64,000 bases of DNA from an uncultured Actinomycetota bacterium (GCA_963840275.1 CAWIYK010000006.1:193075-257074), one strand, 5' to 3'; positions 9,112-20,368 are shown, numbered from the stretch's first letter. A program made the numbers and translations. The notes: generated by a model from the letters alone, not told the origin.

Positions 9112-11307
9112 GTGAGCACCGAACCCAACGTCGAGCAGAGTGACCGGACCAGCCAGCAGACCGACGTCGCCGAGTCGGCGGAGCAGGTCACGCCGGAGCC
9201 GCGTGGGGTGCCGTCCGCGCCGCCGGCGGTCACGCAGGACACGGCGGTCACCGACCTGCCCGACGACCGGTACCTCAACCGGGAGCTGTCCTGGCTGGAC
9301 TTCAACGCGCGGGTGCTCGCGCTCGCGGAGGACGAGTCTCAGCCGCTGCTCGAGCGCGCCAAGTTCCTCGCGATCTTCTCGTCGAACCTCGACGAGTTCT
9401 ACATGGTGCGGGTCGCCGGGCTGAAGCGCCGCGACGAGACCGGGCTGTCGGTGCGCAGCGCGGACGGACTGACCCCGCGCGAACAGCTGGCCTACATCTC
9501 CAAGCGCAACCAGGAGCTCGTCGAGCAGCACGCGGCCGCGTGGGAGAAGCGGATGCGCGCCAAGATCGCCGAGAAGGGCATCCGGATCGCGAAGTGGTCG
9601 GAGCTCTCCGACGAGCAGCGCGAGCGGCTGTCGAGCTACTTCCGCGACCAGATCTTCCCGGTGCTCACCCCGCTCGCGGTGGACCCGGCGCATCCGTTCC
9701 CCTACATCTCCGGGCTGTCGCTCAACCTCGCGGTGACCGTGCGGGACCCCAACGGCGGCGGCGAGCGGTTCGCGCGTGTGAAGGTGCCGGACAACGTGTC
9801 CCGGCTCGTGCCGGTCGACCACAGTCGCGACGAGCGCGGCGCCACGTTCCTCCCGCTCGAGGAGCTGATCGCGGTCCACCTCAACGACCTGTTCGCCGGC
9901 ATGCAGGTCACGGAGGTGCACGCGTTCCGCGTCACCCGCAACGCCGACCTCGAGGTCGAGGAGGACCAGGACGAGGATCTGTTGAAGGCACTGGAACGTG
10001 AGCTGGCGCAGCGCCGGTTCGGGCCGCCGGTGCGGCTCGAGGTCGCCGACGACATGAGCGAGCACATGATGGAGCTGCTGCTGCGCGAGCTGGAGGTCGA
10101 CCCGCACGACGTGGTCGTGGTGCCCGGCCTGCTCGACCTGTCGTGCCTGTGGCAGCTGCACTCGGTGGACCGCCAGGACCTCAAGGACCCGCCGTTCGTG
10201 CCCGCGACCCACCCCGCGTTCGGCGAACGGGAGACCCCGAAGAGCGTGTTCGCGACCCTGCGCGAGGGCGACGTGCTCGTGCACCACCCCTACGACTCGT
10301 TCTCCACGAGCGTGCAACGGTTCATCGAGCAGGCGGCCGCGGACCCGAAGGTGCTCGCGATCAAACAGACGCTCTACCGGACCTCCGGTGACTCCCCCAT
10401 CGTCGACGCGCTGATCGACGCCGCCGAGGCGGGCAAGCAGGTGGTGGCGCTCGTGGAGATCAAGGCGCGGTTCGACGAGCAGGCGAACATCAAGTGGGCG
10501 CGGACGCTGGAGAAGGCGGGCGTGCACGTGGTCTACGGCATGGTCGGGTTGAAGACGCACTGCAAGACGGCGTTGGTGGTGCGGCAGGAGGGGTCGGTCA
10601 TCCGGCGCTACTGCCACATCGGCACCGGCAACTACAACCCGAAGACGGCGCGGCTGTACGAGGACGTCGGCCTGCTCACCGCGGAGCCGTCGATCGGCGC
10701 GGACCTCACGGACCTGTTCAACGTGCTGACCGGGTACGCGCGGCAGGACACCTACCGCAGCCTCCTCGTGGCGCCGTACGGGATCCGGCGCGGCATCGTC
10801 GAGCAGATCGAGAGGGAGATCGAGCACCTGCGTGCCGGCCGGCCGGCGGGCATCCGCGTCAAAATCAACTCGTTGGTGGACGAGCAGGTGATCGACGCGC
10901 TGTACCGGGCGTCGCAGGCCGGCGTCGAGGTCGACATCGTGGTGCGCGGGATCTGCGCGTTGAAGCCGGGCATCGCGGGGCTGTCGGACAACATCCGGGT
11001 GCGGTCGATCCTCGGCCGGTTCCTCGAGCACTCCAGGGTGCTCCAGTTCGCGGGGTCCGACGAGCACTGGATCGGCAGCGCGGACCTCATGCACCGCAAC
11101 CTCGACCGGCGCGTCGAGGTCCAGGTGCGGATCACCGACCGGAAGCTGACGGGCCAGCTGGACGCGATGTTCGAGTCCGCGCTGGACCCCGCGACGCGTT
11201 GCTGGGTGCTGGAGCAGAACGGTGACTGGACGGCGTCGCCCGCGGACGGGTCGTCGGTCAGAGACCACCAGGCCCAGATGCTCGCCGGACACCGCGCGCT
11301 GGCGTAG
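9112..11307 (+). CDS. ppk: Polyphosphate kinase 1
   Basis: [50 protein letters not shown] and [18 protein letters not shown] are PPK1 hallmarks. The start is either GTG 9112 or TTG 9094. Confidence 0.95.
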   Translation: MSTEPNVEQSDRTSQQTDVAESAEQVTPEPRGVPSAPPAVTQDTAVTDLPDDRYLNRELSWLDFNARVLALAEDESQPLLERAKFLAIFSSNLDEFYMVRVAGLKRRDETGLSVRSADGLTPREQLAYISKRNQELVEQHAAAWEKRMRAKIAEKGIRIAKWSELSDEQRERLSSYFRDQIFPVLTPLAVDPAHPFPYISGLSLNLAVTVRDPNGGGERFARVKVPDNVSRLVPVDHSRDERGATFLPLEELIAVHLNDLFAGMQVTEVHAFRVTRNADLEVEEDQDEDLLKALERELAQRRFGPPVRLEVADDMSEHMMELLLRELEVDPHDVVVVPGLLDLSCLWQLHSVDRQDLKDPPFVPATHPAFGERETPKSVFATLREGDVLVHHPYDSFSTSVQRFIEQAAADPKVLAIKQTLYRTSGDSPIVDALIDAAEAGKQVVALVEIKARFDEQANIKWARTLEKAGVHVVYGMVGLKTHCKTALVVRQEGSVIRRYCHIGTGNYNPKTARLYEDVGLLTAEPSIGADLTDLFNVLTGYARQDTYRSLLVAPYGIRRGIVEQIEREIEHLRAGRPAGIRVKINSLVDEQVIDALYRASQAGVEVDIVVRGICALKPGIAGLSDNIRVRSILGRFLEHSRVLQFAGSDEHWIGSADLMHRNLDRRVEVQVRITDRKLTGQLDAMFESALDPATRCWVLEQNGDWTASPADGSSVRDHQAQMLAGHRALA

Positions 11308-11310
11308 CCG

Positions 11311-12186
11311 ATGGGTCGGGAGATCGCCGCGGCCGGCGCGGTGGTGTGGCGTTTCGCCGGCGACGAGACCGAGGTCGTGCTGGTGCACCGGCCCCGGTAC
11401 GACGACTGGAGCCTGCCGAAGGGAAAGCTCGAGGAGGACGAGTCCGTGCGGGACGCGGCCGTCCGGGAGGTGGCCGAGGAGACCGGGGTACGGGCCGTGC
11501 TCGGGCGTTTCCTCGGCAGGGTCCGGTATCGCGTCGAGGGCGACGACAAGGTCGTGGACTACTTCGCGGCCCACGCGGAGTCCGGCTCGTTCGTGCCGTC
11601 CGACGAGGTGGACGAGGTGTGCTGGCTGCCGGTGGCGCTCGCCCGCGCCAAGCTCACGCGCGAGCACGACCGTTCCGTGCTCGACGAGTTCGCGGCGCTG
11701 CCGGCGGTGCTCACGCCGCTCCTGCTGGTGCGCCACGCGAAGGCGGGCAGCCGGAGCCAGTGGCAGGACGCGGACGAGCTGCGGCCGCTGTCGAAGAACG
11801 GGCAGCGTCAGGTGCCGCCGATACGTGCGCTGGCCGCGCTGTACCGCGCAGACCGCGTGTGCGCCGCGCCGCTCGTGCGGTGTGTACAGACGGTCCAGCC
11901 GATCGCGGACGACCTCGGCGTCAAGGTGGTCGAGGAGGAGCTGCTGTCGGAGAAGTCCCACACCGGCGCGGAGACCGCGGCCCAGCGCCGGCTGCTCGAG
12001 ATCGTGGCCGACGGCGGGGTTCCGGTGGCGTGCAGTCAGGGCGGGGTCATCCCCGATCTGGTGTCGCGTCTGGCCGCCGCGAGCGGGCTGCCGCTTGATC
12101 GCGCGGAGAGCAAGAAGGGCAGCGTATGGGCCCTGTTCTTCGACCAGGACCGGCTGGTCGCGGCGGACTACATCGCGGTGCCCTAG
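11311..12186 (+). CDS. mutT1: NUDIX hydrolase fused to a histidine-phosphatase (SixA-like) domain, MutT1-type
   Basis: The Nudix box reads LPKGKLEEDESVRDAAVREVAEETG. The C-terminal half starts LLLVRHAKAGSR (RHG-type phosphatase motif). Architecture and position match Rv2985. Confidence 0.8.
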   Translation: MGREIAAAGAVVWRFAGDETEVVLVHRPRYDDWSLPKGKLEEDESVRDAAVREVAEETGVRAVLGRFLGRVRYRVEGDDKVVDYFAAHAESGSFVPSDEVDEVCWLPVALARAKLTREHDRSVLDEFAALPAVLTPLLLVRHAKAGSRSQWQDADELRPLSKNGQRQVPPIRALAALYRADRVCAAPLVRCVQTVQPIADDLGVKVVEEELLSEKSHTGAETAAQRRLLEIVADGGVPVACSQGGVIPDLVSRLAAASGLPLDRAESKKGSVWALFFDQDRLVAADYIAVP

Positions 12187-12550
12187 CTCGGGTTTCGCAC
12201 GTGTGTCCAGTGTGGCCGGTGCGGATCCGGTGCCCGGCAAGGGCTTCGCCGGAAGCCCCTGGCGTCAAAGAGAAGCAGCGTAGGCCCTATTTCGGGGCGG
12301 AAATTCACACACCTGCGGGGTCGCGGGACGCTCGAGAACGAACACGTCGGCACGGCGGCCCCAGAGCGTCCCGGAGCGACCGGGCGGCGCCCGGGGGCCC
12401 GAACCCCTTGCCAGCCACGAAGACTGGCTCACGCCCGGCAGAGGGCCTGCGTAAGCCCCATTCCGACCGGACGGCCGCCCAGTTCTTCGCGGCCACCGAA
12501 GTCCCAGCGTACGGGCGTTTTCGTCCTGAGTGTCCGTACCAGGAAACGCA

Positions 12551-12584
12551 GAAGGCCACCGCCCGGATCGGGTCGGTGGCCTTC
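12551..12584. terminator. Hairpin downstream of hupB in the convergent spacer
   Basis: GAAGGCCACCG-cccggatcgggt-CGGTGGCCTTC forms an 11-bp perfect stem 16 nt beyond the hupB stop. T-rich tracts flank it on both strands. Confidence 0.55.
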
Positions 12585-12599
12585 TGCTTCGAGACTGGA

Positions 12600-13223
12600 C
12601 TACTTCTTCTTCGCCGCCGTCTTCTTGGCGGCCGGCTTGGCAGCCGGGCGAGCCTTGGCGGTCGTCGCCTTGGCGGTCGCCTTGGCCGGCGTGGCCTTCT
12701 TGGCCGCCGCCTTGGCCGGAGCGGCCTTCTTGGCGGTGGTGGCCTTGGCCGGAGCCTTGGCAGCCGTGGCCTTGGCGGCGGTGGTGCGCGCTGCCGGCTT
12801 CGCCGCCGCGGCCCGCGTACGGGTCGTGGTGGCAGCCGCGCGGGACGCCGGCCGGGCGGCCGCGGTCCGCGTGGTCGCAGCAGCCGCGCGGGTCGTGGAC
12901 GCCGTACGGCTGGCAGCCGAACGCGTCGTCGCGACCTTGGGCAGCTTCTTCGCGCCGCTCACCACGTCCTTGAACGTGGTGCCGGCACGGAACGCTGGCA
13001 CGTTGGTCTTCTTGACCTTCACCGTCTCGCCCGTACGCGGGTTGCGGGCGGTGCGAGCGGCACGCGCACGCTTCTCGAACACCCCGAAGCCGGTGATGTT
13101 CACCTTCTCGCCCTTGTTGACCGTGCGGACGATCACATCGACGAGACCGTCGACCGCAGCGCCTGCGGCCTTCTTGTCGCCGAGGCGATCCGAGAGCGCC
13201 TCGATAAGCTGGGCCTTGTTCAC
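12600..13223 (-). CDS. hupB: Histone-like DNA-binding protein HU with Lys/Ala-rich C-terminal tail
   Basis: The HU fold [15 protein letters not shown]...[22 protein letters not shown] is followed by about 110 aa of AAKK/TTRA repeats, as in mycobacterial HupB. Confidence 0.95.
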   Translation of the reverse strand: MNKAQLIEALSDRLGDKKAAGAAVDGLVDVIVRTVNKGEKVNITGFGVFEKRARAARTARNPRTGETVKVKKTNVPAFRAGTTFKDVVSGAKKLPKVATTRSAASRTASTTRAAAATTRTAAARPASRAAATTTRTRAAAAKPAARTTAAKATAAKAPAKATTAKKAAPAKAAAKKATPAKATAKATTAKARPAAKPAAKKTAAKKK

Positions 13224-13378
13224 CCTTCAGTCCTCCGTTTTGACCACACTTGCGTTCTCGGCCAATCCGGCCGACTTCTGGCCACCGTATGCCTAACTCG
13301 GCACAATTTCCACGCGACTCGCCCAGATTCCCCGCTAAGGGTGTCTGATTCTGTTGCGTGGCTGCCTATTCGGCGGCG

Positions 13379-13978
13379 TCAGATCGAGAGTGTAGAGGTG
13401 GTCGGCTTCCAGGGTTCCCTTGCCTCCTCGAAAGACCCGATCGCGTCCTCGTGCCGCAGCGTGAGAGCGATGTCGTCGAGTCCTTCGAGCAGCCGCCAGC
13501 GGGTGTAGTCGTCGATCTGGAACGGCGCCGAGAAGTCCTTGGCACGCACTGTCTTGTCCCGGAGATCCACGGTCACCTCGGTGCCCGGCTCGGCTTCCAG
13601 GAGCTTCCACAGCAGCTCGACGTCGGACTGCGCGCACTCGGCCGCGAGCAGCCCCGCCTTCCCCGCGTTGCCACGGAAGATGTCGGCGAACCGGGACGAG
13701 ACGACCACCCGGAAGCCGTAGTCGGACAGGGCCCAGACGGCGTGCTCCCGGGAGGAGCCGGTGCCGAAGTCGGGGCCCGCCACGAGGACGCTGCCCGCAC
13801 GGAAGGGTTCCAGGTTGAGCACGAACTGGTCGTCCGCGCGCCAGGCTGAGAACAGTCCGTCCTCAAAACCGGTGCGACTCACCCGCTTGAGGTACACGGC
13901 AGGGATGATCTGGTCGGTGTCCACGTTGGACCGGCGCAGGGGCACGCCGACCCCGGTGTGTGAGCTGAACGCATCCAT
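13379..13978 (-). CDS. leuD: 3-isopropylmalate dehydratase small subunit
   Basis: 199 aa with [20 protein letters not shown]...[17 protein letters not shown]. Confidence 0.95.
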   Translation of the reverse strand: MDAFSSHTGVGVPLRRSNVDTDQIIPAVYLKRVSRTGFEDGLFSAWRADDQFVLNLEPFRAGSVLVAGPDFGTGSSREHAVWALSDYGFRVVVSSRFADIFRGNAGKAGLLAAECAQSDVELLWKLLEAEPGTEVTVDLRDKTVRAKDFSAPFQIDDYTRWRLLEGLDDIALTLRHEDAIGSFEEAREPWKPTTSTLSI

Positions 13979-13994
13979 GGGTCGATACCCCTTT

Positions 13995-15422
13995 CTAGGC
14001 GCGGAGGTCTTCTGGGGAGGACAGGGTGCCGCGTACGGCGGTCGCCGCGGCGACGAGCGGGGACACCAGGTGGGTCCGCCCGCCCTTGCCCTGCCGGCCC
14101 TCGAAGTTGCGGTTCGATGTGGACGCGCTGCGCTCGCCGGGGGTGAGCTGGTCGGGGTTCATGCCGAGACACATGGAGCAGCCGGCCTGCCGCCACTCGG
14201 CGCCGGCGTCGAGGAACACCTCGTGCAGCCCCTCCGACTCGGCGGCCGCCCGGACCCGCATCGAGCCCGGCACGACCAGCATCCGCACCCCGGCGGCCAC
14301 CTTGCGGCCCCGCAACACGTCCGCGGCGGCCCGCAGGTCCTCGATCCGGCCGTTCGTGCAGGAGCCCAGGAAGACCGTGTCCACGTGGATCTCCCGCAGC
14401 GGCGTGCCCGGCGTGAGGTTCATGTAAGTCAGCGCCTTCTCGGCGGCGACGCGCTCGTGCTCGTCCACGATCTGCTCGGGGTCGGGAACCCGTTCCGACA
14501 GCGGCAAACCCTGGCCGGGGTTCGTGCCCCACGTCACGAAGGGGGTCAGCGTGCTCGCGTCGATGTGGACCTCGGCGTCGAACTCGGCGTCGTCGTCGGT
14601 GCGCAGCGCGCCCCACGACTCGACCGCGTCGTCCCAGTTCTGGCCGGTCGGCGCGTGCGGACGGCCCTTCAGGTAGGCGAACGTGGTGTCGTCCGGGGCG
14701 ATCATGCCGGCGCGGGCGCCCGCCTCGATGGACATGTTGCACACGGTCATCCGCGCCTCCATCGACAGCTTCTCGATGGCCGCGCCGCGGTACTCGAGCA
14801 CGTAGCCCTGCCCGCCGCCGGTGCCGATCTGCGCGATGACCGCGAGGATGACGTCCTTCGCCGTGACGCCGTCGCGCAGCTCTCCGTCCACCGTGATGGC
14901 CATGGTCTTGAACGGCCGCAGCGGCAACGTCTGCGTGGCGAGCACGTGCTCGACCTCGGACGTGCCGATGCCGAACGCGAGCGCGCCGAACGCGCCGTGC
15001 GTCGAGGTGTGACTGTCACCGCACACCACCGTCATCCCGGGCTGCGTCAGGCCGAGCTGCGGCCCGACGACGTGCACGATGCCCTGTTCGACGTCACCCA
15101 TCGGGTGCAGCCGGACCCCGAACTCCGCGCAGTTCTTGCGGAGCGTGTCCACCTGCGTCTTGGAGACCGGGTCCGCGATCGGCAGCTCGATGTCGATCGT
15201 CGGGACGTTGTGGTCCTCCGTCGCGATGGTGAGGTCCGGCCTGCGCACGGGGCGACCGGACAGTCGCAGTCCGTCGAACGCCTGGGGGCTCGTCACCTCG
15301 TGGATGAGGTGGAGGTCGATGTACAGGAGGTCCGGTTCGGCGCCGGTGCCGTGCCGGACGACGTGTTGGTGCCAAACCTTTTCGGCGAGTGTCTTGCCCT
15401 GCTTGTCTGCCACGTCTTTCAC
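13995..15422 (-). CDS. leuC: 3-isopropylmalate dehydratase large subunit
   Basis: [13 protein letters not shown]...[15 protein letters not shown]...[24 protein letters not shown]...[12 protein letters not shown]. The start is GTG at 15422 or 15413. The ORF extension to 16313 is an artefact. Confidence 0.95.
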   Translation of the reverse strand: MKDVADKQGKTLAEKVWHQHVVRHGTGAEPDLLYIDLHLIHEVTSPQAFDGLRLSGRPVRRPDLTIATEDHNVPTIDIELPIADPVSKTQVDTLRKNCAEFGVRLHPMGDVEQGIVHVVGPQLGLTQPGMTVVCGDSHTSTHGAFGALAFGIGTSEVEHVLATQTLPLRPFKTMAITVDGELRDGVTAKDVILAVIAQIGTGGGQGYVLEYRGAAIEKLSMEARMTVCNMSIEAGARAGMIAPDDTTFAYLKGRPHAPTGQNWDDAVESWGALRTDDDAEFDAEVHIDASTLTPFVTWGTNPGQGLPLSERVPDPEQIVDEHERVAAEKALTYMNLTPGTPLREIHVDTVFLGSCTNGRIEDLRAAADVLRGRKVAAGVRMLVVPGSMRVRAAAESEGLHEVFLDAGAEWRQAGCSMCLGMNPDQLTPGERSASTSNRNFEGRQGKGGRTHLVSPLVAAATAVRGTLSSPEDLRA

Positions 15423-15499
15423 CCATCGACTTCCGGGAAGTGGGTTCCCACGATCTGAAACACTGGACTTCCCATATACCGGGAACATAATATCGAGAC

Positions 15500-16201
15500 G
15501 TGGGACAGCATAGCGGCATCGGCGTACTGGACAAGGCAATGGCCGTGCTGCAGGAGGTGGCCAAAGAGCCCTGCGGACTGGCCGAGCTGTGCACGCGAAC
15601 GGGCCTCCCCCGTGCGACGGCGCACCGGCTCGCGGTCGGCCTCGAGGTGCATCGCCTGCTGCGCAGGGGAAGTGACGGGCGGTGGCGGCCGGGTGCCGCG
15701 CTGGCCGAGCTGGCCGGCGGCGCGGTCGACCCGCTGCTCGACGCGGCGAGCTCGGTGCTGCCCCGGTTGCGGGACCGTACGGGCGAGAGCGTGCAGCTGT
15801 ACCGAAGGGATGGCGTGCACCGGATCTGCATCTCCACGGCGGAGCCGCCGAGTGGCCTGCGCGACACCGTGCCGGTCGGCGCGCGGCTCCCGATGACGGC
15901 CGGCTCCGGCGCGAAGGTCCTTGCGGCGTGGACGGACCCGGCGACGCAGCGGTCGCTGCTCGCGGAGGCGGTGTACGGCGAACGCGCGCTGCTCGAGGTG
16001 CGCAGGCGCGGCTGGGCGCAGAGCGTGGCGGAGCGGGAACCCGGTGTGGCAAGCGTGTCCGCGCCGGTGCGGGACGCGTCCGGCGCGGTCGTCGCGGCGG
16101 TGTCGGTGTCCGGCCCCATCGACCGCATGGGCCGCCGGCCCGGCGCCCGGTGGGCGGCGGACCTGCTCGCGGCGGCGGACGCGCTGCAGTCCCGCCTGTG
16201 A
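15500..16201 (+). CDS. IclR-family transcriptional regulator (LtbR/Rv2989-like)
   Basis: The wHTH reads [42 protein letters not shown]. It has an IclR effector domain. It is divergent from leuCD, as in Corynebacterium and Mycobacterium. Confidence 0.85.
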   Translation: MGQHSGIGVLDKAMAVLQEVAKEPCGLAELCTRTGLPRATAHRLAVGLEVHRLLRRGSDGRWRPGAALAELAGGAVDPLLDAASSVLPRLRDRTGESVQLYRRDGVHRICISTAEPPSGLRDTVPVGARLPMTAGSGAKVLAAWTDPATQRSLLAEAVYGERALLEVRRRGWAQSVAEREPGVASVSAPVRDASGAVVAAVSVSGPIDRMGRRPGARWAADLLAAADALQSRL

Positions 16202-16217
16202 TCGACCTGTGATCAAC

Positions 16218-16378
16218 TCGTCCACAGCGATCGGACTCTGTGGACGGTCCAGGGGGCCCGTGCCCCGAGGGCGTGGCCTCCGGCCCCCCGAGATCAACGC
16301 TACGGCAGGGCACCGACAGTTCTGCCGCTCATCGGCCCGGGAACGCCCGGTTGTCCACAGCCGCGGCGGTTGTCCACA
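16218..16378. promoter_or_regulatory. Cluster of DnaA-box-like 9-mers
   Basis: Two perfect TTGTCCACA boxes lie at 16351-16359 and 16370-16378, inside a 14-nt direct repeat CGGTTGTCCACAGC. An inverted pair CGTCCACAG (16219-16227) and CTGTGGACG (16238-16246) is also present. Confidence 0.4.
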
Positions 16379-16758
16379 GCGCCCGCGCCGCTCGCCATGG
16401 GGTGTCGGTCGTCGCTGTTAGCGTGGATTCCGGGGGGCCGGAGGCCGCTCCCCTCCCCTGACGGCGACGGTCCGCCGCCCGACACCCGGACGCCGGCGGG
16501 GTGCGCCTGACGTCCGGGGCTGGGACGCCGGGCAGCGGACCGAACCGAGCCGTCCTTTGGGGGACATTTCGAGACTAGGAGCGGGCGACGGCCCGCGGGA
16601 GTCACCGCCGTCCGGACTTTCGCGCGGATCGGCCGCCCTTTGGTTCAGACAACGCGGCGGACAGCTCTTGGACAGCTCGGTCCCGGCAAGCTGACAATCG
16701 CGAAGAACTCTCGACACAGGCGGTAGCGTCGAACTCACCCTGAGCTGAGGAGCACGCC

Positions 16759-18834
16759 GTGCCGAGCAGACCGCGTCTCGGGCCGTCGGAGGGCGACCAT
16801 CTCGAGCGCTTCCTCTCCGCGTTGCGCCGGACGCCGATTCCCACCGCGCCGTCCCCGCACGACGGCTACCAGGAGGCGCTCGGACTGAACCTGCTGGCAC
16901 TGGGCCTGCGGCTGGAGCACGTCGACCGGATGACCGAGTCGTTGACACTCGCCGACTCCACCCACATGGCCCGCTCGGTGAGCATCGACATCAACATGAA
17001 CGTGCTGACCGCGGAGCAGAAGTGGGCCCTGCGCACCGATCCGAGCGGGGCCGCGGACCGGCCGGCGACCGTGTGGCTGCCGGTGTCGCGGCAGTCCCGG
17101 CTGGATCTGGCGCCGGTGGTGGTGCGCGACTCGGCGGGCAACGTGGTGCCGAGGACGACCCAGGTCGAGACGGCCCGCGCGCTGACACACGGGCTGTGCC
17201 GGGTGTTCCGCATGTTCCTCACGTCCGACCGGCGCACCGAGGACCCGGACGAGCTGCTGCACGGGATCCGCTACAGCCTCAACCGGTCCCGCTGGCTGAT
17301 CGAGGCCACCATCGCCACCATGATCGCGAACGGGCGCCAGCATGCCGCCCCGCCACCGCACCCCACCGGCAGCGGCCGCGCGACCGACTCGGAAAGCATC
17401 CGGGACAAGGCGACCACCGCCGTCGAGCAGCTCTTCGCGCCGGACAGCCCGTTCCTGCGGCTGCTCGACGTCGCGTCGTCGGAGTACCTGCTCGTGGTGG
17501 AGATGCCGACGCACCGGGCACAGTCGTTCCTGCGCTACGAGGCGCCCGTGATCCCGGCCCGTTCGCAGAACCTTCGAGCACGCAACACGTTCCTTCGGTG
17601 GGCGACGTTCCGGCACGAGTTCACCGTGCGGTACTCCACGCTCATCCCCCGCGCGGTCAACTCCTACCACGTGACCGTCGAGGTGCCGCCCGAGATCCAG
17701 GTCCGCCGGTTCTTCCTCACGAGCGACGTCGACTCGCCCGCGTTGCGGTCGCTGGTCGACGACATGCGCGCGGTGGCGGCGAGCTACGACAACCTGTGCC
17801 GGGTCGCGCCCAAGCTGCTCGAGCTGGAGCTGCAGGGCATCGCGTCCCGCCTCGCCGAGCTCGGCCGCCGCCGCCAGCGCGACCTCGAGTCGTACGTCGC
17901 CTACATCGACGAGCGCTACGCGACGTTCGCGGCTCGCCCGCCGCGGTGGCCGGGCCGGCCGGAGCCGACCGCGCCCGGCGACACCGGTCTCGGCGAGCAA
18001 CGCCCGGTCGTCACGAGACTCACCCGGTTCGCGAACCAGTACGAGGCCGACCAGTTCCGCAAGCTCGCCGACGGGCTGGTCACCAGCGCGGCGCTCGACC
18101 GGCTGGCGGCCGAGCTGGTCGAGTCACAGGTCGACAAGGACGTCCACGTGGACAACGACCCGAGGGAGAACGCCGGCCACGCGCAGTGGCAGCGGCGGCC
18201 GTTCGGCGCCGACCCGCAGTCGGTCGAGCCGGTGACCTCGACCGTCTACATCGCACTCGTCGACGACCCGCCGTCGCTGGGGTCCAACGTGTCGAAGCTG
18301 CTGCTCGCGGTGCTGCTGCTGGTCGTCGGCTTCGGTGTCGTGCTGGAGCCGACGTTCTTCGCGCACGTGCCGGTCCTCGGCGACCTCGGCGCGCGGTACC
18401 GGCCGGTGGTCTCCGGCGAGGGCCCGATCTCCTCCGCCGACGCCGTCGTGACCATGCTGCTGCTGGTGCCCGGTCTGCTGCTGTCGCGGCTGGAGATCCC
18501 GTCGAACAAGACCGTGCTCGGCCAGCTCCGCCTGTTCCCGCGCTATGTCGCGTACACATCGGTCATCATCGCGGGGACGCTCGCGCTGCTGGTCGCGTCC
18601 GGCCGCTCGGACCGGCTGCACGGGCCGTTCGTGTTCGGGATGGGCGCGCTGCTCCTGCTGTTCGTGCTCGTCGGGCTCGACGGCATCGGCAAGGCGGTCA
18701 AGCGACGGCGGCGCGTGCCGGTGAACCGGGTGAGCCCGGCCTGGCTCATCGCCGAGATCCGGCGGCGGCCGGTGCGGCGCTGGAAACGGTTCCGCGCCGA
18801 GTTCTCCACGATCGGCACCGATGACCATGCCTAG
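16759..18834 (+). CDS. Hypothetical 691-aa protein: about 490-aa soluble N-terminal region plus a C-terminal polytopic membrane domain
   Basis: A long ORF with normal amino-acid composition. C-terminal TM helices include LLLAVLLLVVGFGVVL, VVTMLLLVPGLLLS, VAYTSVIIAGTLALLVA and FVFGMGALLLLFVLVGL. I recognise no motif. The start (GTG 16759) is uncertain. Confidence 0.7.
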   Translation: MPSRPRLGPSEGDHLERFLSALRRTPIPTAPSPHDGYQEALGLNLLALGLRLEHVDRMTESLTLADSTHMARSVSIDINMNVLTAEQKWALRTDPSGAADRPATVWLPVSRQSRLDLAPVVVRDSAGNVVPRTTQVETARALTHGLCRVFRMFLTSDRRTEDPDELLHGIRYSLNRSRWLIEATIATMIANGRQHAAPPPHPTGSGRATDSESIRDKATTAVEQLFAPDSPFLRLLDVASSEYLLVVEMPTHRAQSFLRYEAPVIPARSQNLRARNTFLRWATFRHEFTVRYSTLIPRAVNSYHVTVEVPPEIQVRRFFLTSDVDSPALRSLVDDMRAVAASYDNLCRVAPKLLELELQGIASRLAELGRRRQRDLESYVAYIDERYATFAARPPRWPGRPEPTAPGDTGLGEQRPVVTRLTRFANQYEADQFRKLADGLVTSAALDRLAAELVESQVDKDVHVDNDPRENAGHAQWQRRPFGADPQSVEPVTSTVYIALVDDPPSLGSNVSKLLLAVLLLVVGFGVVLEPTFFAHVPVLGDLGARYRPVVSGEGPISSADAVVTMLLLVPGLLLSRLEIPSNKTVLGQLRLFPRYVAYTSVIIAGTLALLVASGRSDRLHGPFVFGMGALLLLFVLVGLDGIGKAVKRRRRVPVNRVSPAWLIAEIRRRPVRRWKRFRAEFSTIGTDDHA

Positions 18835-20368
18835 CCCCGGCCTGCGGCACTCGGCGCTCGCGGCGGTCGCCGCCCGGGCCGCGAACTCCGGCAGCCCCGC
18901 GGTCCTCTTCGACATCACGCACGTCGGGCCCGAGGCCGACACGCCGCTCACCGACGTCATCCCGCCGACCGCACTGGATCGATTCGCCACCGAGACTCTC
19001 GCGTTCCACGTCGCGGGCGCGGGCTTCCAGGTGCACACGTGGACCCCGGACACGCCGAGCAAGCATCAGGACGGCGTGTCCACCAACCGGATCACCGTCC
19101 GTCCACACGAGACGAACGGGCACGGCCCGGCGCACGGCATGTTCAACGGCAGCGTGATGATCAACCCGGACTTCCTCTACGACGCGGAGCACAGCGTCGA
19201 GATCCTCCTGACGCTCGGCTACGAGCCGTGGCGGCCGACCTACGCCGACTCGCTGATGATCATGTTGGCGTACCAGGGCATGACGGGCGCCGCCGCGACG
19301 AAGGACTCCGACGACGGCGCGCCGGTGCTGTTCCTGCAGTCGCCGGTGGCGCCGTTCCGGGACCCGCCGCGGCAGTTCCGGGTGGACGGCTCCGGCGAGG
19401 CGCCCCGGGTCGCCAACGGGATGGCGCTGCGGATGCTCGTCGGGCTCGAGCACGGCAACCAGCGCAAACGCCTGGGACTCATGTGCGACCTCGTCGCGCT
19501 CGCCACCGAGAACGGGTTCGGGCTGCAGGTGGCCGACCGGCGTTTCGGGCGCGTGCGCGGCGAGTGGTGGTCGGTGCTGCCGCTGGACGAGAAGCGGTAC
19601 ACCGAGCGGCGGAAGGAGCTGTTCGGCTGGGCGCCGGAGGGCGTGCCGACCGCCGTGCAACTGCTGACGTTCGTCGGCCCGGCGCGGCTCGGCTCCTCCG
19701 CCGCGATCGCCGCCGACCTGCTGTCGCGCAACGTCGGCGTGCTCGCCGTGTCCGAGGCGTCCATGCAGGAGATCGCGTTCATCAACATGATGGTGCCGAT
19801 CGCGCCGGCGCGGATCGGCCGGGCACGACTGTCGAGCGCCAGCCTGTCCGTCGCGGACGGGTTGGGGCAGACGGCGAGCGAGTGCGGGCTCACACGCCGC
19901 CAGGCCGTCCGCGCCAAGAGCCGGATCGCGGGTTCGGCGGCCACCGACTACCGGGTGCTGCGCACCGGCCCGATGCGGCCACCGATCCGGGAGTCGGCGG
20001 CCGCGGGCGGATATCCGGTGTGGCTGTCGTGGGGCCTGCCGCTCCGCGACCACCACCGGCCCGACGTCGCGGAGCTGGTCGTCGCCCAGCTTCGCGCCGC
20101 GACCGACGTGGTGGCCGACGCCCGGATCGACTACTACCGCGCCAGGGTGCTGCCGGACGGTCGCGTCACCGGTCGCGCGAAGCTCGCGGTGTCACTGGTG
20201 GACGGCCCGGCCCCGGCCCGGATTCCCGCACTGCTGAGCGAACTGTGCCCAAGAGCCCAACGGGAGGCGGTGGCCCACCTGGTCGGCGACGACCTGCCAC
20301 TGAGCGCCGTCCGGCTGCGCCTCGCATGGCGGGAGCGATGGCTCGGACACTCGACCACGATCGCCTGA
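18821..20368 (+). CDS. Hypothetical 515-aa protein with ACT-like C-terminal segments
   Basis: The ATG overlaps the upstream stop by 14 nt. The segment LLTFVGPARLGSSAAIAADLLSRNVGVLAVSEASMQEIAFINMMV resembles an ACT ligand-binding fold. I do not recognise the N-terminal 290 aa. Confidence 0.65.
   Translation: MTMPSPGLRHSALAAVAARAANSGSPAVLFDITHVGPEADTPLTDVIPPTALDRFATETLAFHVAGAGFQVHTWTPDTPSKHQDGVSTNRITVRPHETNGHGPAHGMFNGSVMINPDFLYDAEHSVEILLTLGYEPWRPTYADSLMIMLAYQGMTGAAATKDSDDGAPVLFLQSPVAPFRDPPRQFRVDGSGEAPRVANGMALRMLVGLEHGNQRKRLGLMCDLVALATENGFGLQVADRRFGRVRGEWWSVLPLDEKRYTERRKELFGWAPEGVPTAVQLLTFVGPARLGSSAAIAADLLSRNVGVLAVSEASMQEIAFINMMVPIAPARIGRARLSSASLSVADGLGQTASECGLTRRQAVRAKSRIAGSAATDYRVLRTGPMRPPIRESAAAGGYPVWLSWGLPLRDHHRPDVAELVVAQLRAATDVVADARIDYYRARVLPDGRVTGRAKLAVSLVDGPAPARIPALLSELCPRAQREAVAHLVGDDLPLSAVRLRLAWRERWLGHSTTIA

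Noticed and set aside
8299-12240. A 1313-aa minus-strand ORF spanning cofC, ppk and mutT1.
   Set aside because: It is antisense to three well-supported plus-strand genes. The product is dominated by Arg/Gly/Pro/His runs with no motifs. This is a typical stop-codon-poor alternative frame in high-GC DNA.
15423-16313. An upstream extension of the leuC ORF to 772 aa.
   Set aside because: The extension is Pro/Arg/Ala-rich, overlaps the IclR gene on the opposite strand, and precedes the conserved LeuC N-terminus ([11 protein letters not shown]).
16202-16758. Chromosomal replication origin (oriC).
   Set aside because: Only four box-like sequences are present and there is no AT-rich unwinding element. 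The flanking genes are an IclR regulator and a hypothetical gene rather than dnaA/dnaN. I kept it as a possible DnaA-binding or regulatory site only.
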